Assembly (NCBI GenBank): GCA_020160975.1
Contig: JAIUPJ010000001.1
Location: 907,551 to 971,550 of the forward strand
Reading direction: 5' to 3'
DNA length: 64,000 nucleotides
Origin: Patescibacteria group bacterium
Lineage (GTDB): Bacteria; Patescibacteriota; Saccharimonadia; Saccharimonadales; Saccharimonadaceae
The translations under genes and the position numbers were made by a program. Every line of letters begins with the position of its first letter. Positions within the stretch are counted from its first letter, which is position 1. A model generated the notes under the pieces. The model did not search any database and was not told where the DNA came from. It saw only the letters and a program-made list of their open reading frames with translations. Below, one piece after another: positions 30,640 through 41,652 of the stretch.

Positions 30640-31173
30640 ATGCTTAAGACGCACAAGGCATTTACTATCGTCGAACTTCTCATCGTGGTTGTCGTAATCG
30701 CCATCCTTGCGGCAATTACAATTATTGGATACAACGGGATTACTACGCGTGCGGAAAATGCAAAAACGGTAAGTGGTGTCGCTGCAATAATTAAAGGACT
30801 CTCTATGTATGCACAACTCAACGGTGTCTACACTACCGATGCGTACGCATGCATAGGATCAACGTCTTACGTGTGTGGCAATACAAACAGTGGGCCAGTA
30901 TGCGTGGCTCAGGGGAGGGTCAATAGCACAGGCTCGCTTGCTTCTGACCTGAGCAGTACTATCAATAAAATTCCTGATTTAAGCTCACAACAGATCACTT
31001 GCTCAACTGGTGCGACGTATCGTGGGGGCTTCGTGTCCACCTCGAATAGCCGAAAGTCATCAACAGTGGTGTATTTTCTCAAGGGCAGCTCTACTCCCTG
31101 TGGCATAATTGGTACGAGTCGTTCTGTAGACGGAGGTCTTGTCGCATGCGAGTACGCACTGCCAAATCTATAA
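30640..31173 (+). CDS. type IV pilin-like protein (second paralog)
   Basis: MLKTHKA|FTIVELLIVVVVIAILAAITIIGY. Same hydrophobic N-terminal helix as the 2332 gene, but Ala rather than Gly at position -1. Cys-rich C-terminal domain. Confidence 0.7.
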   Translation: MLKTHKAFTIVELLIVVVVIAILAAITIIGYNGITTRAENAKTVSGVAAIIKGLSMYAQLNGVYTTDAYACIGSTSYVCGNTNSGPVCVAQGRVNSTGSLASDLSSTINKIPDLSSQQITCSTGATYRGGFVSTSNSRKSSTVVYFLKGSSTPCGIIGTSRSVDGGLVACEYALPNL

Positions 31174-31212
31174 TGATTTTTTGTTTGGCTCTTAGGAGCT
31201 TATAATACCTGC

Positions 31213-32178
31213 ATGATACTTGGGATTGACGAAGCGGGTCGTGGCCCATGGGCGGGGCCTTTGGTAGTGGGTGCGGTTGTGCTTGGCGGTGCTCGTATTG
31301 AGGGACTGAATGACAGCAAGAAGCTGACGAAGAAGCGTCGTGAGGAATTGTATAACCAAATCAAACAGCAGGCTACTTCGGCGGCTGGTTGGGTGAGCGC
31401 GCAGGAACTCGACGATATGGGCATGAGTGCCGCGCTGCGGCTGGCGACGCGGCGAGCGGTAGAAAAGATCGCTGTACCCTACCACGAGATCATCATCGAC
31501 GGTACAATTAATTTCTTGGCAGATACAAGCAAGGGCGGCTACGTGACGACGCTTCCAAAAGCAGATTCATTGATACCGAGCGTGTCGGCGGCGTCCATCG
31601 TGGCGAAGGTTGAGCGTGATCGGTATATGGCGGAGCTTGACGAGCGTCATCCCGGCTATGGGTTTGCTAAGCATGCAGGCTATGGAGTGGCCGCGCATCG
31701 TGCAGCGATCGAAAGGCTCGGGGTGACGCCGGAACACCGGCTGAGTTTTGCACCGCTGCAGAAATATGCTTCGCGAGACTCGTCTCATTTGGGTGCAGCG
31801 GCTTCTGCTGGCGGTCGGCCTGAGGCAACCCCGACCACTCGTAGCATCGGTGATAGGAGCGAAACGGTCGCCGCCAACTATCTTGTGCGCTATGGTCACG
31901 AAATCATCGCTCGCAACTGGCGGACCAAATACTGCGAGATCGATATTATTTCCCGAAAAAACGACACACTCTACTTTACCGAAGTCAAGCATCGAAAGAA
32001 CGGGAAAGCTGGTGATGGGATGGCGGCAATCACCACAAAAAAGCAAAACCAAATGGCATTTGCTGCAAAATTTTATGTGCATACGCAACTACGCGACTCG
32101 CCAGTGAATTTGCGCCTCTCCGCGATAGCGACCACAGGTGAGCAGCCAGAGGTGACCGACTATATTGTTATTGAGTAA
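31213..32178 (+). CDS. rnhB: ribonuclease HII fused to a YraN/UPF0102 endonuclease-like domain
   Basis: N-terminal ~190 aa is RNase HII (ILGIDEAGRGPWAGPLVVGAV; DSKKL). After a Ser/Ala/Gly-rich linker, the C-terminal ~110 aa match UPF0102/YraN (AANYLVRYGHEIIARNWR..EIDIISRKNDTLYFTEVKHRKN). Confidence 0.8.
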   Translation: MILGIDEAGRGPWAGPLVVGAVVLGGARIEGLNDSKKLTKKRREELYNQIKQQATSAAGWVSAQELDDMGMSAALRLATRRAVEKIAVPYHEIIIDGTINFLADTSKGGYVTTLPKADSLIPSVSAASIVAKVERDRYMAELDERHPGYGFAKHAGYGVAAHRAAIERLGVTPEHRLSFAPLQKYASRDSSHLGAAASAGGRPEATPTTRSIGDRSETVAANYLVRYGHEIIARNWRTKYCEIDIISRKNDTLYFTEVKHRKNGKAGDGMAAITTKKQNQMAFAAKFYVHTQLRDSPVNLRLSAIATTGEQPEVTDYIVIE

Positions 32179-32193
32179 TGCTATTATAATTCT

Positions 32194-32784
32194 ATGGACA
32201 TAGCTAGTCTTGGTATTTATACACTCCTCCTTGTCGTTGTCACTTTGCTTGTTGTTTGGCTAGTAACGAACAAAAAAAGTGTGAAGGTATCAACAAAACA
32301 TCTGGTACTCGGTGCCATCTTAATGTCGGCGCTTGGGCCTTTGGGGGAGATTTTTGTTGGTACGGTTTATCAGTATGTTGCGGGCTTTCCCTTGTGGCAG
32401 TATCAGATATTTCCTGTTCATCACGCCTATACTTCGCTCTATGCACCGGTTATTTGGGCGGTAGGAGGGGTAGAGTTATGTCTGATGGACGCATATCTAA
32501 GGGGTAAAACTGCATCTCGGATGTGGCGGCACATCTTTCTTGCAGTCGATATCTTAATTGTTGAGCTTCTCATCAACATCGGTCTTGTTCTGGCTTTTGG
32601 ACAAATGATCTTCCGCTATACTCCAGGCGATTTACTGCACTTTTCTTCACTGCAAACCTTGCCATTTTATTTCATCGCAGGACTCGTTTTTACTGGCGCT
32701 TTCAAAATACTAAAACCAAATAGCTACCGCGCTGCATCATTATTTGGCTTTATAATGTTTGTCGTCGTATTTCTTGCAAACTAA
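32194..32784 (+). CDS. hypothetical polytopic membrane protein
   Basis: 196 aa with about 5 predicted TM helices. Confidence 0.5.
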   Translation: MDIASLGIYTLLLVVVTLLVVWLVTNKKSVKVSTKHLVLGAILMSALGPLGEIFVGTVYQYVAGFPLWQYQIFPVHHAYTSLYAPVIWAVGGVELCLMDAYLRGKTASRMWRHIFLAVDILIVELLINIGLVLAFGQMIFRYTPGDLLHFSSLQTLPFYFIAGLVFTGAFKILKPNSYRAASLFGFIMFVVVFLAN

Positions 32785-32785
32785 G

Positions 32786-35302
32786 CTATAGCTGTTTTAG
32801 GCGCTCGCAGACAGCTTGCTGGTTCTTTTCGATGAGATCGACGCGGCCCTGAAGGTCGGTGATGCCCATTTCAATCACTCGCTTGAGGCCTATGTTGTGG
32901 AGCATTGGTGTGAAGAAATCGGTGTATTCCTGGAGCTGTCGGCGAGTCATCAGGAATTGCCCGGCGTACCGGGGATAATAATCGTAGCTCTTGTCGCTGC
33001 CAAAAGTTTTTTCAATCCACGTCCAATTATCGCGTAGCCATTGCCAGGTACGTTCCCGGGCATGCCGGTTGATCAGCATGTAAATAAACCAATAGGTTGT
33101 GTCTTGGGGGCGAATCAGCTCGGTGTTTGTCAGCATGCCAAGCACCCACTCGATGCTGGCTCTATCCTTGACGCAAGTAACCGCTCCGCGAATATCCTCT
33201 TTGAGATCGGGCGAAACTTCATGCTGGTAGCGCTCCATCAGCGAGGTCAGGAGCTCGGGGTTCTCACCATAGCGCACATCGACGCCAACCAGTAGCCCGC
33301 GCAGCTCGGGGTCAAGTGTCTCTAGTGGTTGGGCGCGAGCGCGGCGAATCGCTTCGGTGATTACCGCTTGATCCTCGCTGTAAATCATCTCGGTAATCAT
33401 GCGAGTACGAAGTTTAATGTCGTTGTCCGATTCGTTGTCTCGCTTGTCCCAGCCGAGCCGCTCGAACTGCGTGCGAGCAAGTTCGCCGACAAAGGTTCGT
33501 AATTTTTTCTCTGCTACCTGGTCGTTCTCAATAAATTTCTTGAGTTCGTTGATTGCCATCACGATCGCATCCCAGACTTGCTCTTCAGATTCGTTTTGAT
33601 ACGCACCGAGGATGTCGATTAATGTCGAAGGATGAACCTCGCCGCCGCGAACTAATAGAATCTGCTCGTTGAGGAGCTGGAGGCGTTGAGCGGTAGTGAG
33701 CTCGCCGCGTTGAAGTCGATCCAGTAGTGCCGCCAGAAGCGCTTCGTCATAATGGGTGATAAAGTGTGCGCTATTGTGTTGGTTGAGGAGAAGCGAAGAG
33801 CCAGTATAAGTAACGACAGCTTCCCTAGTGTCGAGCAGAGTCGGAACTTCGGGGCTTTCGGCCTCGAGCGGAATCGGCCAGAGCTGGTCCCTAGAGTTGT
33901 GAGGCCCGATGAAGAACTGGGATTGGCGAAGCGTCAATTCATTGTTATCGAGATGGGCTGTCACAACCGGGTAGCCTGGTTGTGAAATCCAGGCTTTCAT
34001 GAGGCTGCCAATCGCTTTGCCGCTGGCGGCATCGAGACAATCCCATAGATCTGTTTCGTCGGTGTTTTGGTAGGCAAATCTGGTGAAATATTCTTTCAGC
34101 CCGGCGCGAAAGGCGTCTTCGCCAATGTACTCCATCATCATACGTAATAGTCGTGCGCCTTTGCTGTAAACAATCGCGCCATCAAAAATTGACTGAATCT
34201 CATCCGGATGGTGAACGTCGGTCTGCACTGATTGGACACCGTCAATCGCATCACGGCGAGCTGCCATGACAGCCGAACCGGCATCAAAATCTAGCCAAAC
34301 GTTCCAGTCTGGGTGAAGGGCGTTGGGTGCGATATTCTCCATGATACTGGCAAAACTTTCATTGAGCCAGAGGTTGTTCCACCATTTCATAGTGACGAGA
34401 TTGCCAAACCACTGATGGCTGAGCTCGTGAGCGATGACAGCACTGACGTATTGACGAGCATTGATACTGCTGTGGGTTTTGTCGACGATGAGGGCAGTTT
34501 CGCGGTAGGTGATAAGCCCCCAGTTCTCCATGGCGCCGGCACTAAAGTCTGGTACTGCCACATGATCAGCCTTGGGCAGCGGATACGGTACGCCAAAATA
34601 ATCATCAAAAAACTCGATGATCTTGACAGCTTCTTCGAGGGCAAATTGCAGACTTTTACTTTTCTGAACGGGGGTGGCCCAGACTGTGACCTCGACTCCC
34701 TGCGACGTTGTTGCCGATGCTGACTGGAGCTCGCCCATGACGATAGCGAGTAGATAGGTGCTCATGCGGGGTGTAGTGTCAAAGGTCGTGACCAGCCTAT
34801 CGTCGATAGTGTTTTGGCTTGTCGCCGGCATGTTGCCGAGCACGGCAATGCCGGTTTCTGTCGTGACGGTGACGTCAAAGGTGGCTTTGGCGGCCGGCTC
34901 ATCGATACACGGAAACACTTCGCGCGCATAGTGGCTTTCAAACTGCGTTACAAGCAATTCTTTCTTCTGCCCCTCATGCGTGAAGTAGCACGGGTACAGT
35001 CCATGCAGCGAGTCGGTGATGCTGCCGTGGTAGGTAATAGTGACCGTGTGGTCTCCTGGCGTCAGGCCATCCTGAGAAATCGTCACTTCGTCATCCTGCC
35101 CGTAGCTAAACTGTGCCGGCTGGTCGTCAATAGTAGTCTCTGTAATGCTGAGGTCGTGCGCGTGTACGGCTATCTGGCCATTGACAGACGATCCAGTGAG
35201 GATGACCGTACCTTGGAAGGTTCGCCCTGTGCGGTCGATCACGAGATTTAGATTGTAGTTGGTGGGGATAAATCGATCAAGGAGACGAGAAACTGTTTGC
35301 AT
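32786..35302 (-). CDS. pepN: aminopeptidase N (M1 family zinc metallopeptidase)
   Basis: 838 aa with GAMEN and HELSHQWFGNLVT...E motifs. Confidence 0.95.
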   Translation of the reverse strand: MQTVSRLLDRFIPTNYNLNLVIDRTGRTFQGTVILTGSSVNGQIAVHAHDLSITETTIDDQPAQFSYGQDDEVTISQDGLTPGDHTVTITYHGSITDSLHGLYPCYFTHEGQKKELLVTQFESHYAREVFPCIDEPAAKATFDVTVTTETGIAVLGNMPATSQNTIDDRLVTTFDTTPRMSTYLLAIVMGELQSASATTSQGVEVTVWATPVQKSKSLQFALEEAVKIIEFFDDYFGVPYPLPKADHVAVPDFSAGAMENWGLITYRETALIVDKTHSSINARQYVSAVIAHELSHQWFGNLVTMKWWNNLWLNESFASIMENIAPNALHPDWNVWLDFDAGSAVMAARRDAIDGVQSVQTDVHHPDEIQSIFDGAIVYSKGARLLRMMMEYIGEDAFRAGLKEYFTRFAYQNTDETDLWDCLDAASGKAIGSLMKAWISQPGYPVVTAHLDNNELTLRQSQFFIGPHNSRDQLWPIPLEAESPEVPTLLDTREAVVTYTGSSLLLNQHNSAHFITHYDEALLAALLDRLQRGELTTAQRLQLLNEQILLVRGGEVHPSTLIDILGAYQNESEEQVWDAIVMAINELKKFIENDQVAEKKLRTFVGELARTQFERLGWDKRDNESDNDIKLRTRMITEMIYSEDQAVITEAIRRARAQPLETLDPELRGLLVGVDVRYGENPELLTSLMERYQHEVSPDLKEDIRGAVTCVKDRASIEWVLGMLTNTELIRPQDTTYWFIYMLINRHARERTWQWLRDNWTWIEKTFGSDKSYDYYPRYAGQFLMTRRQLQEYTDFFTPMLHNIGLKRVIEMGITDLQGRVDLIEKNQQAVCERLKQL

Positions 35303-35342
35303 ATATGTATTGTATCAGAGAAACACGGGGTATACTGGACTC

Positions 35343-36077
35343 ATGAAACAACGTCGCCGGCGAGTTCTGGGAGTGATATTGATTGCGATTGCAATCGCGC
35401 TGATGACGGTGAATTCTGGCCAGTCTCAGTTTGGCGCGCCAACAACGTCTACGCGGCCGTCTGGTCCAAACATTACCGATGCGAGCCTGCCGAAAGAGAA
35501 TCCCCCGCAACCAACACCGCTCGCGATCGTCGTGCTGGATACCATCGCCATCAAGGGGCGTGCGCCCAAGACTGATTATCGACGGGTGCAATTTGGTGAC
35601 GGATGGATACTGGTTGGAAACTGCGACACGCGCAACATCATTCTCAACCGCGATCTAACCGATGTAACGCTGACGGGCTGCAAGGTGGCGACAGGCAAGC
35701 TGACCGACCCGTACACAGGTAAGCTGATTGATTTTCAGCGCGGGCCCGAGGGGAGCACGTTGATACAGATTGATCATGTGGTGGCGCTGAGCAACGCTTG
35801 GCAAACCGGTGCGCAGTTGCTGACGCTTCAGCAGCGGATTGCCTTTGCTAATGACCCACTCGAATTGCTGGCGGTTGATGGCAACGCCAATCAAGCAAAG
35901 GGCGATGGTGACGCCGCGACCTGGCTACCGGCAAACAAAGCCTTTCGCTGCCAATACGTCGCACGTCAAATTGCGGTGAAAGCTAAGTATAGTTTGTGGG
36001 TGACACAGGCCGAGAAAGAGGCTATGCAGCGGGTGCTCAGGGAATGTCCGGAGCAGACGGTACCGGGAGTGAGGTAG
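35343..36077 (+). CDS. membrane-anchored/secreted DUF1524 (HNH-like nuclease) family protein
   Basis: Start MKQRRRRVLGVILIAIAIALM (signal/TM), then a low-complexity linker, then a DUF1524-type core (GCKVATGKLTDPYTGKLIDFQRG...IDHVVALSNAWQTGA...DGNANQAKGD). ORF track start 35259 is less likely. Confidence 0.6.
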   Translation: MKQRRRRVLGVILIAIAIALMTVNSGQSQFGAPTTSTRPSGPNITDASLPKENPPQPTPLAIVVLDTIAIKGRAPKTDYRRVQFGDGWILVGNCDTRNIILNRDLTDVTLTGCKVATGKLTDPYTGKLIDFQRGPEGSTLIQIDHVVALSNAWQTGAQLLTLQQRIAFANDPLELLAVDGNANQAKGDGDAATWLPANKAFRCQYVARQIAVKAKYSLWVTQAEKEAMQRVLRECPEQTVPGVR

Positions 36078-36865
36078 GGTTGGTCTTAGAGCTTAGAGCA
36101 TAGCTAAACTGCAAAAATAACCCTTGGTTCTAAGTCTTAAGTCGTAAAAAATTGTTTTTCGTCATTCCGGACTTGATCCAAAATTTAAAGATTCTGGTGT
36201 GCTTCTTCTCTAGAAAATCAAATCCTTTCTTTTGTCTCATCAAAAGAAACAAAACCGACCACCTTTGGAGTCAAAGGTGGAGAAACCTCTGGGGCGGCTT
36301 CCCTCCGCCGGGAACAGCAACTACGACTTTCTTGGAAGACTGCGGAGTCTTTGTTCAGTGAGCAGGAACAAAGACGAAGTCCTCGTCTTGCCAGGAAAGC
36401 CGTAGTCACCGTGTCTCGGGTCAGTCCAGATGCCCCAGACCCCAGGACGCAGCAGAGCTGCTTATTTCAGCGGCTCTGCCGCAAAATACTGCAGTCACTC
36501 GTGACTGTACACCTAATGGGTCTTGGGAGCTCAAGAACCCAAGAAGACTGAGGATTGTCTTTTGGAGTCATTCACGACATTGTTTCCACTACAAACAATA
36601 GCGATACTGTAGTGGAATGCCCTTTAGGGCAGTATGTCGTGACCAAAAGACAAGCAGAAGGCTTCTTGGCGTGAATGAGATATCCCAATGTCGTGTTTGG
36701 TTCTTTGATCGAAACAAAGAACTGTTTCCCTCGCTTTGCAGCAAAGCGAGTCGCTTTTTGCTTCTTTGGCGAAAGAAAAAGAAGTGGATTTATTCGGTTC
36801 TTTTGGATAAAGAGCTAGACTTACCCGTTTTGCAAAAAGGAGACGGCATATAAATTTTTAATCCC

Positions 36866-36934
36866 AAAATGTCAAAACCCCACCCTCACCACACTGGCGG
36901 AGCGGGGCTCGACGCCGAGTGGGTGAGGGTGGGG
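36866..36934 (-). terminator. strong intrinsic terminator read on the minus strand
   Basis: 13-bp perfect stem ccccaccctcacc / ggtgagggtgggg (36878-36934), followed on the minus strand by TTTTGACATTTT. Confidence 0.5.
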
Positions 36935-37261
36935 TGAATCAGAGGGCTGCTTGATACGCGCTGTCGGACGTCTTGATGAACCAAGGCCTCCAAAGCGGTA
37001 GTAGCGGTAGTTTCCTCAAGACAAGTGTCACTGGGTAGTGGCGGCTGTCAGCTGAGCTTGTCCCTACAGATCCCCACATGTGTCTTTGTCTGCGCTTGTA
37101 GATGAAGTGCACAGCAGGGCTCTTCGAGGTTCCTTTTGTGCGTTCATGCCGCTGCACTTGAGTGATCGTGCAGTTGGAGGCGACGACGACGACTTCCATT
37201 GTGCGAGTGATCACAGCATCTCCCATGATTGAGTGTCCAAAAACCAAAAACTTCCATTTTA

Positions 37262-37293
37262 ATTATGACAAAACTAACTATATTTGTCAAGTT
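37262..37293 (-). promoter_or_regulatory. minus-strand sigma70-like promoter (TTGACA-N17-CATAAT)
   Basis: Reverse complement of 37262-37293 reads ttgacaaatatagttagttttgtcataat. Points leftwards into the ORF-poor region. Confidence 0.4.
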
Positions 37294-37310
37294 TTGCGAT
37301 GTTGTAACAG

Positions 37311-40292
<2,982 letters not shown>

Positions 40293-40409
40293 CAGATGTG
40301 TATTATACCAGCGATTGACATTTTGCCACTTGTTTGCTATGATCAATAAGTACAGATCCGGCCGGCAGGTCGGACTTTTTCGTAGAAAATAACTGAAAGG
40401 AGTCTGACA

Positions 40410-41528
40410 ATGGAAGACTTAAACATTAAACAACTCACCCTCGCAGTGCGTACTATCGCAGAGGAAAAGAACCTGCCCGAAGAGACAGTGATGGAAGTCA
40501 TCGAGCAGGCAATTGCGGCTGCATGGCGCCGTGACAATGGTGAGCGCGAGCAGGAAGTGCGCGCCGAGCTAAACGTCAATGACGGTACCGCTAAGGTATA
40601 TGTACAGCGTGAAGTGGTCGAAGATCCGATCAACGACGCGACCGAAATCAGCCTGGCAGACGCCAAAAAGGTCAAAAAAGACGCCAAACTCGAAGATATC
40701 ATCGAGGAAGAGCACACCGTGACGAGCTTCGGCCGTGTAGCGGCACAAACAGCCAAGCAAGTGGTGCTCCAGCGCCTACGCGAAGCTGAGCGCGAAGTAG
40801 TGCTGGTGGAGTTTGAAGACAAAATCGGCACCGTGGTCAACGGTATGGTGCAGCGCGTCGAGCCACGCGTGGTGCGTGTCGAGATCAACAAAGCGGTCGG
40901 TATATTGCCGCAGAGTGAGCAGATTCAGGGTGAATTCTACTCTGTTGGACAGCGTATCAAGGTCTTTATCAAGGATATCGAGCGCGACAACCGTGGCCCA
41001 CAGCTCATCCTCAGCCGTGGTAACGAAGCCTTCGTCGAGTATCTCTTCCGCCAAGAAGTGCCAGAGATGGAGACAGGCGCGGTCGAGATTAAGGGTATCG
41101 CCCGCGAAGCTGGTCGTCGTACTAAATTGGCCGTAGCAAGCACAGTACCTGGTGTTGATCCAGTAGGTACCTTCGTTGGTGGACATGGCACGCGTGTCAA
41201 TGCTGTTATGAATGAAATCGGAGACCAGGAGAAAATCGATATCGTTACTTTTGATGACAATGTCGATACCTACATCCGCAATGCGCTTTCACCGGCTGAA
41301 GTGGTGAAAGTAGAGATTGACGAAGAGGCCAAGCGTGCTAAGGTATTTGTGAGTGAAGACCAGCAATCAATTGCTATTGGTCGTGGTGGCCAAAATGTCC
41401 GCCTGGCAAGCAAACTGACCGGCTACGAACTTGATATTGAGACTGCAGTCGCTAAGCCAGCTGAAAAGAAGCCAAAAAAGAATATCGAAGAAGGCCTCTT
41501 CGCAGCTATTGAAGAGCAAGGCGAGTAG
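40410..41528 (+). CDS. nusA: transcription termination/antitermination factor NusA
   Basis: 372 aa. NusA N-terminal domain, S1 and two KH domains (GRGGQNVRLASKLTG). Confidence 0.9.
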   Translation: MEDLNIKQLTLAVRTIAEEKNLPEETVMEVIEQAIAAAWRRDNGEREQEVRAELNVNDGTAKVYVQREVVEDPINDATEISLADAKKVKKDAKLEDIIEEEHTVTSFGRVAAQTAKQVVLQRLREAEREVVLVEFEDKIGTVVNGMVQRVEPRVVRVEINKAVGILPQSEQIQGEFYSVGQRIKVFIKDIERDNRGPQLILSRGNEAFVEYLFRQEVPEMETGAVEIKGIAREAGRRTKLAVASTVPGVDPVGTFVGGHGTRVNAVMNEIGDQEKIDIVTFDDNVDTYIRNALSPAEVVKVEIDEEAKRAKVFVSEDQQSIAIGRGGQNVRLASKLTGYELDIETAVAKPAEKKPKKNIEEGLFAAIEEQGE

Positions 41529-41550
41529 TCACTCTTCTGCAAAAAAGAAA

Positions 41551-41573
41551 GCCTCCAGATGGGGGCCTTTTTG
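41551..41573 (+). terminator. intrinsic terminator after nusA
   Basis: gcctcc agat gggggc hairpin (one G-U) followed by cttttt. Confidence 0.45.
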
Positions 41574-41652
41574 CTGATATTGAAGAGGGCACCCTCTCCA
41601 GAGATTTCTCTCCGGAGGGGTGCCCTCGTGTCGCCAGTGGCGACGAGTTGAG

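Noticed and set aside
36080-37310. RNase P RNA, tmRNA, SRP RNA or 6S RNA in the ORF-poor interval
   Set aside because: I looked for GGAAAGUCCGG / ACAGAAnCCGGCUUA (RNase P), a tRNA-like GGUUCGAnUCC...CCA end with a tag reading frame (tmRNA), and GGUCCGGAAGGAAGCAGC (SRP). Only weak partial resemblances turned up (e.g. GGACGCAGC). This is not enough to call any of them.
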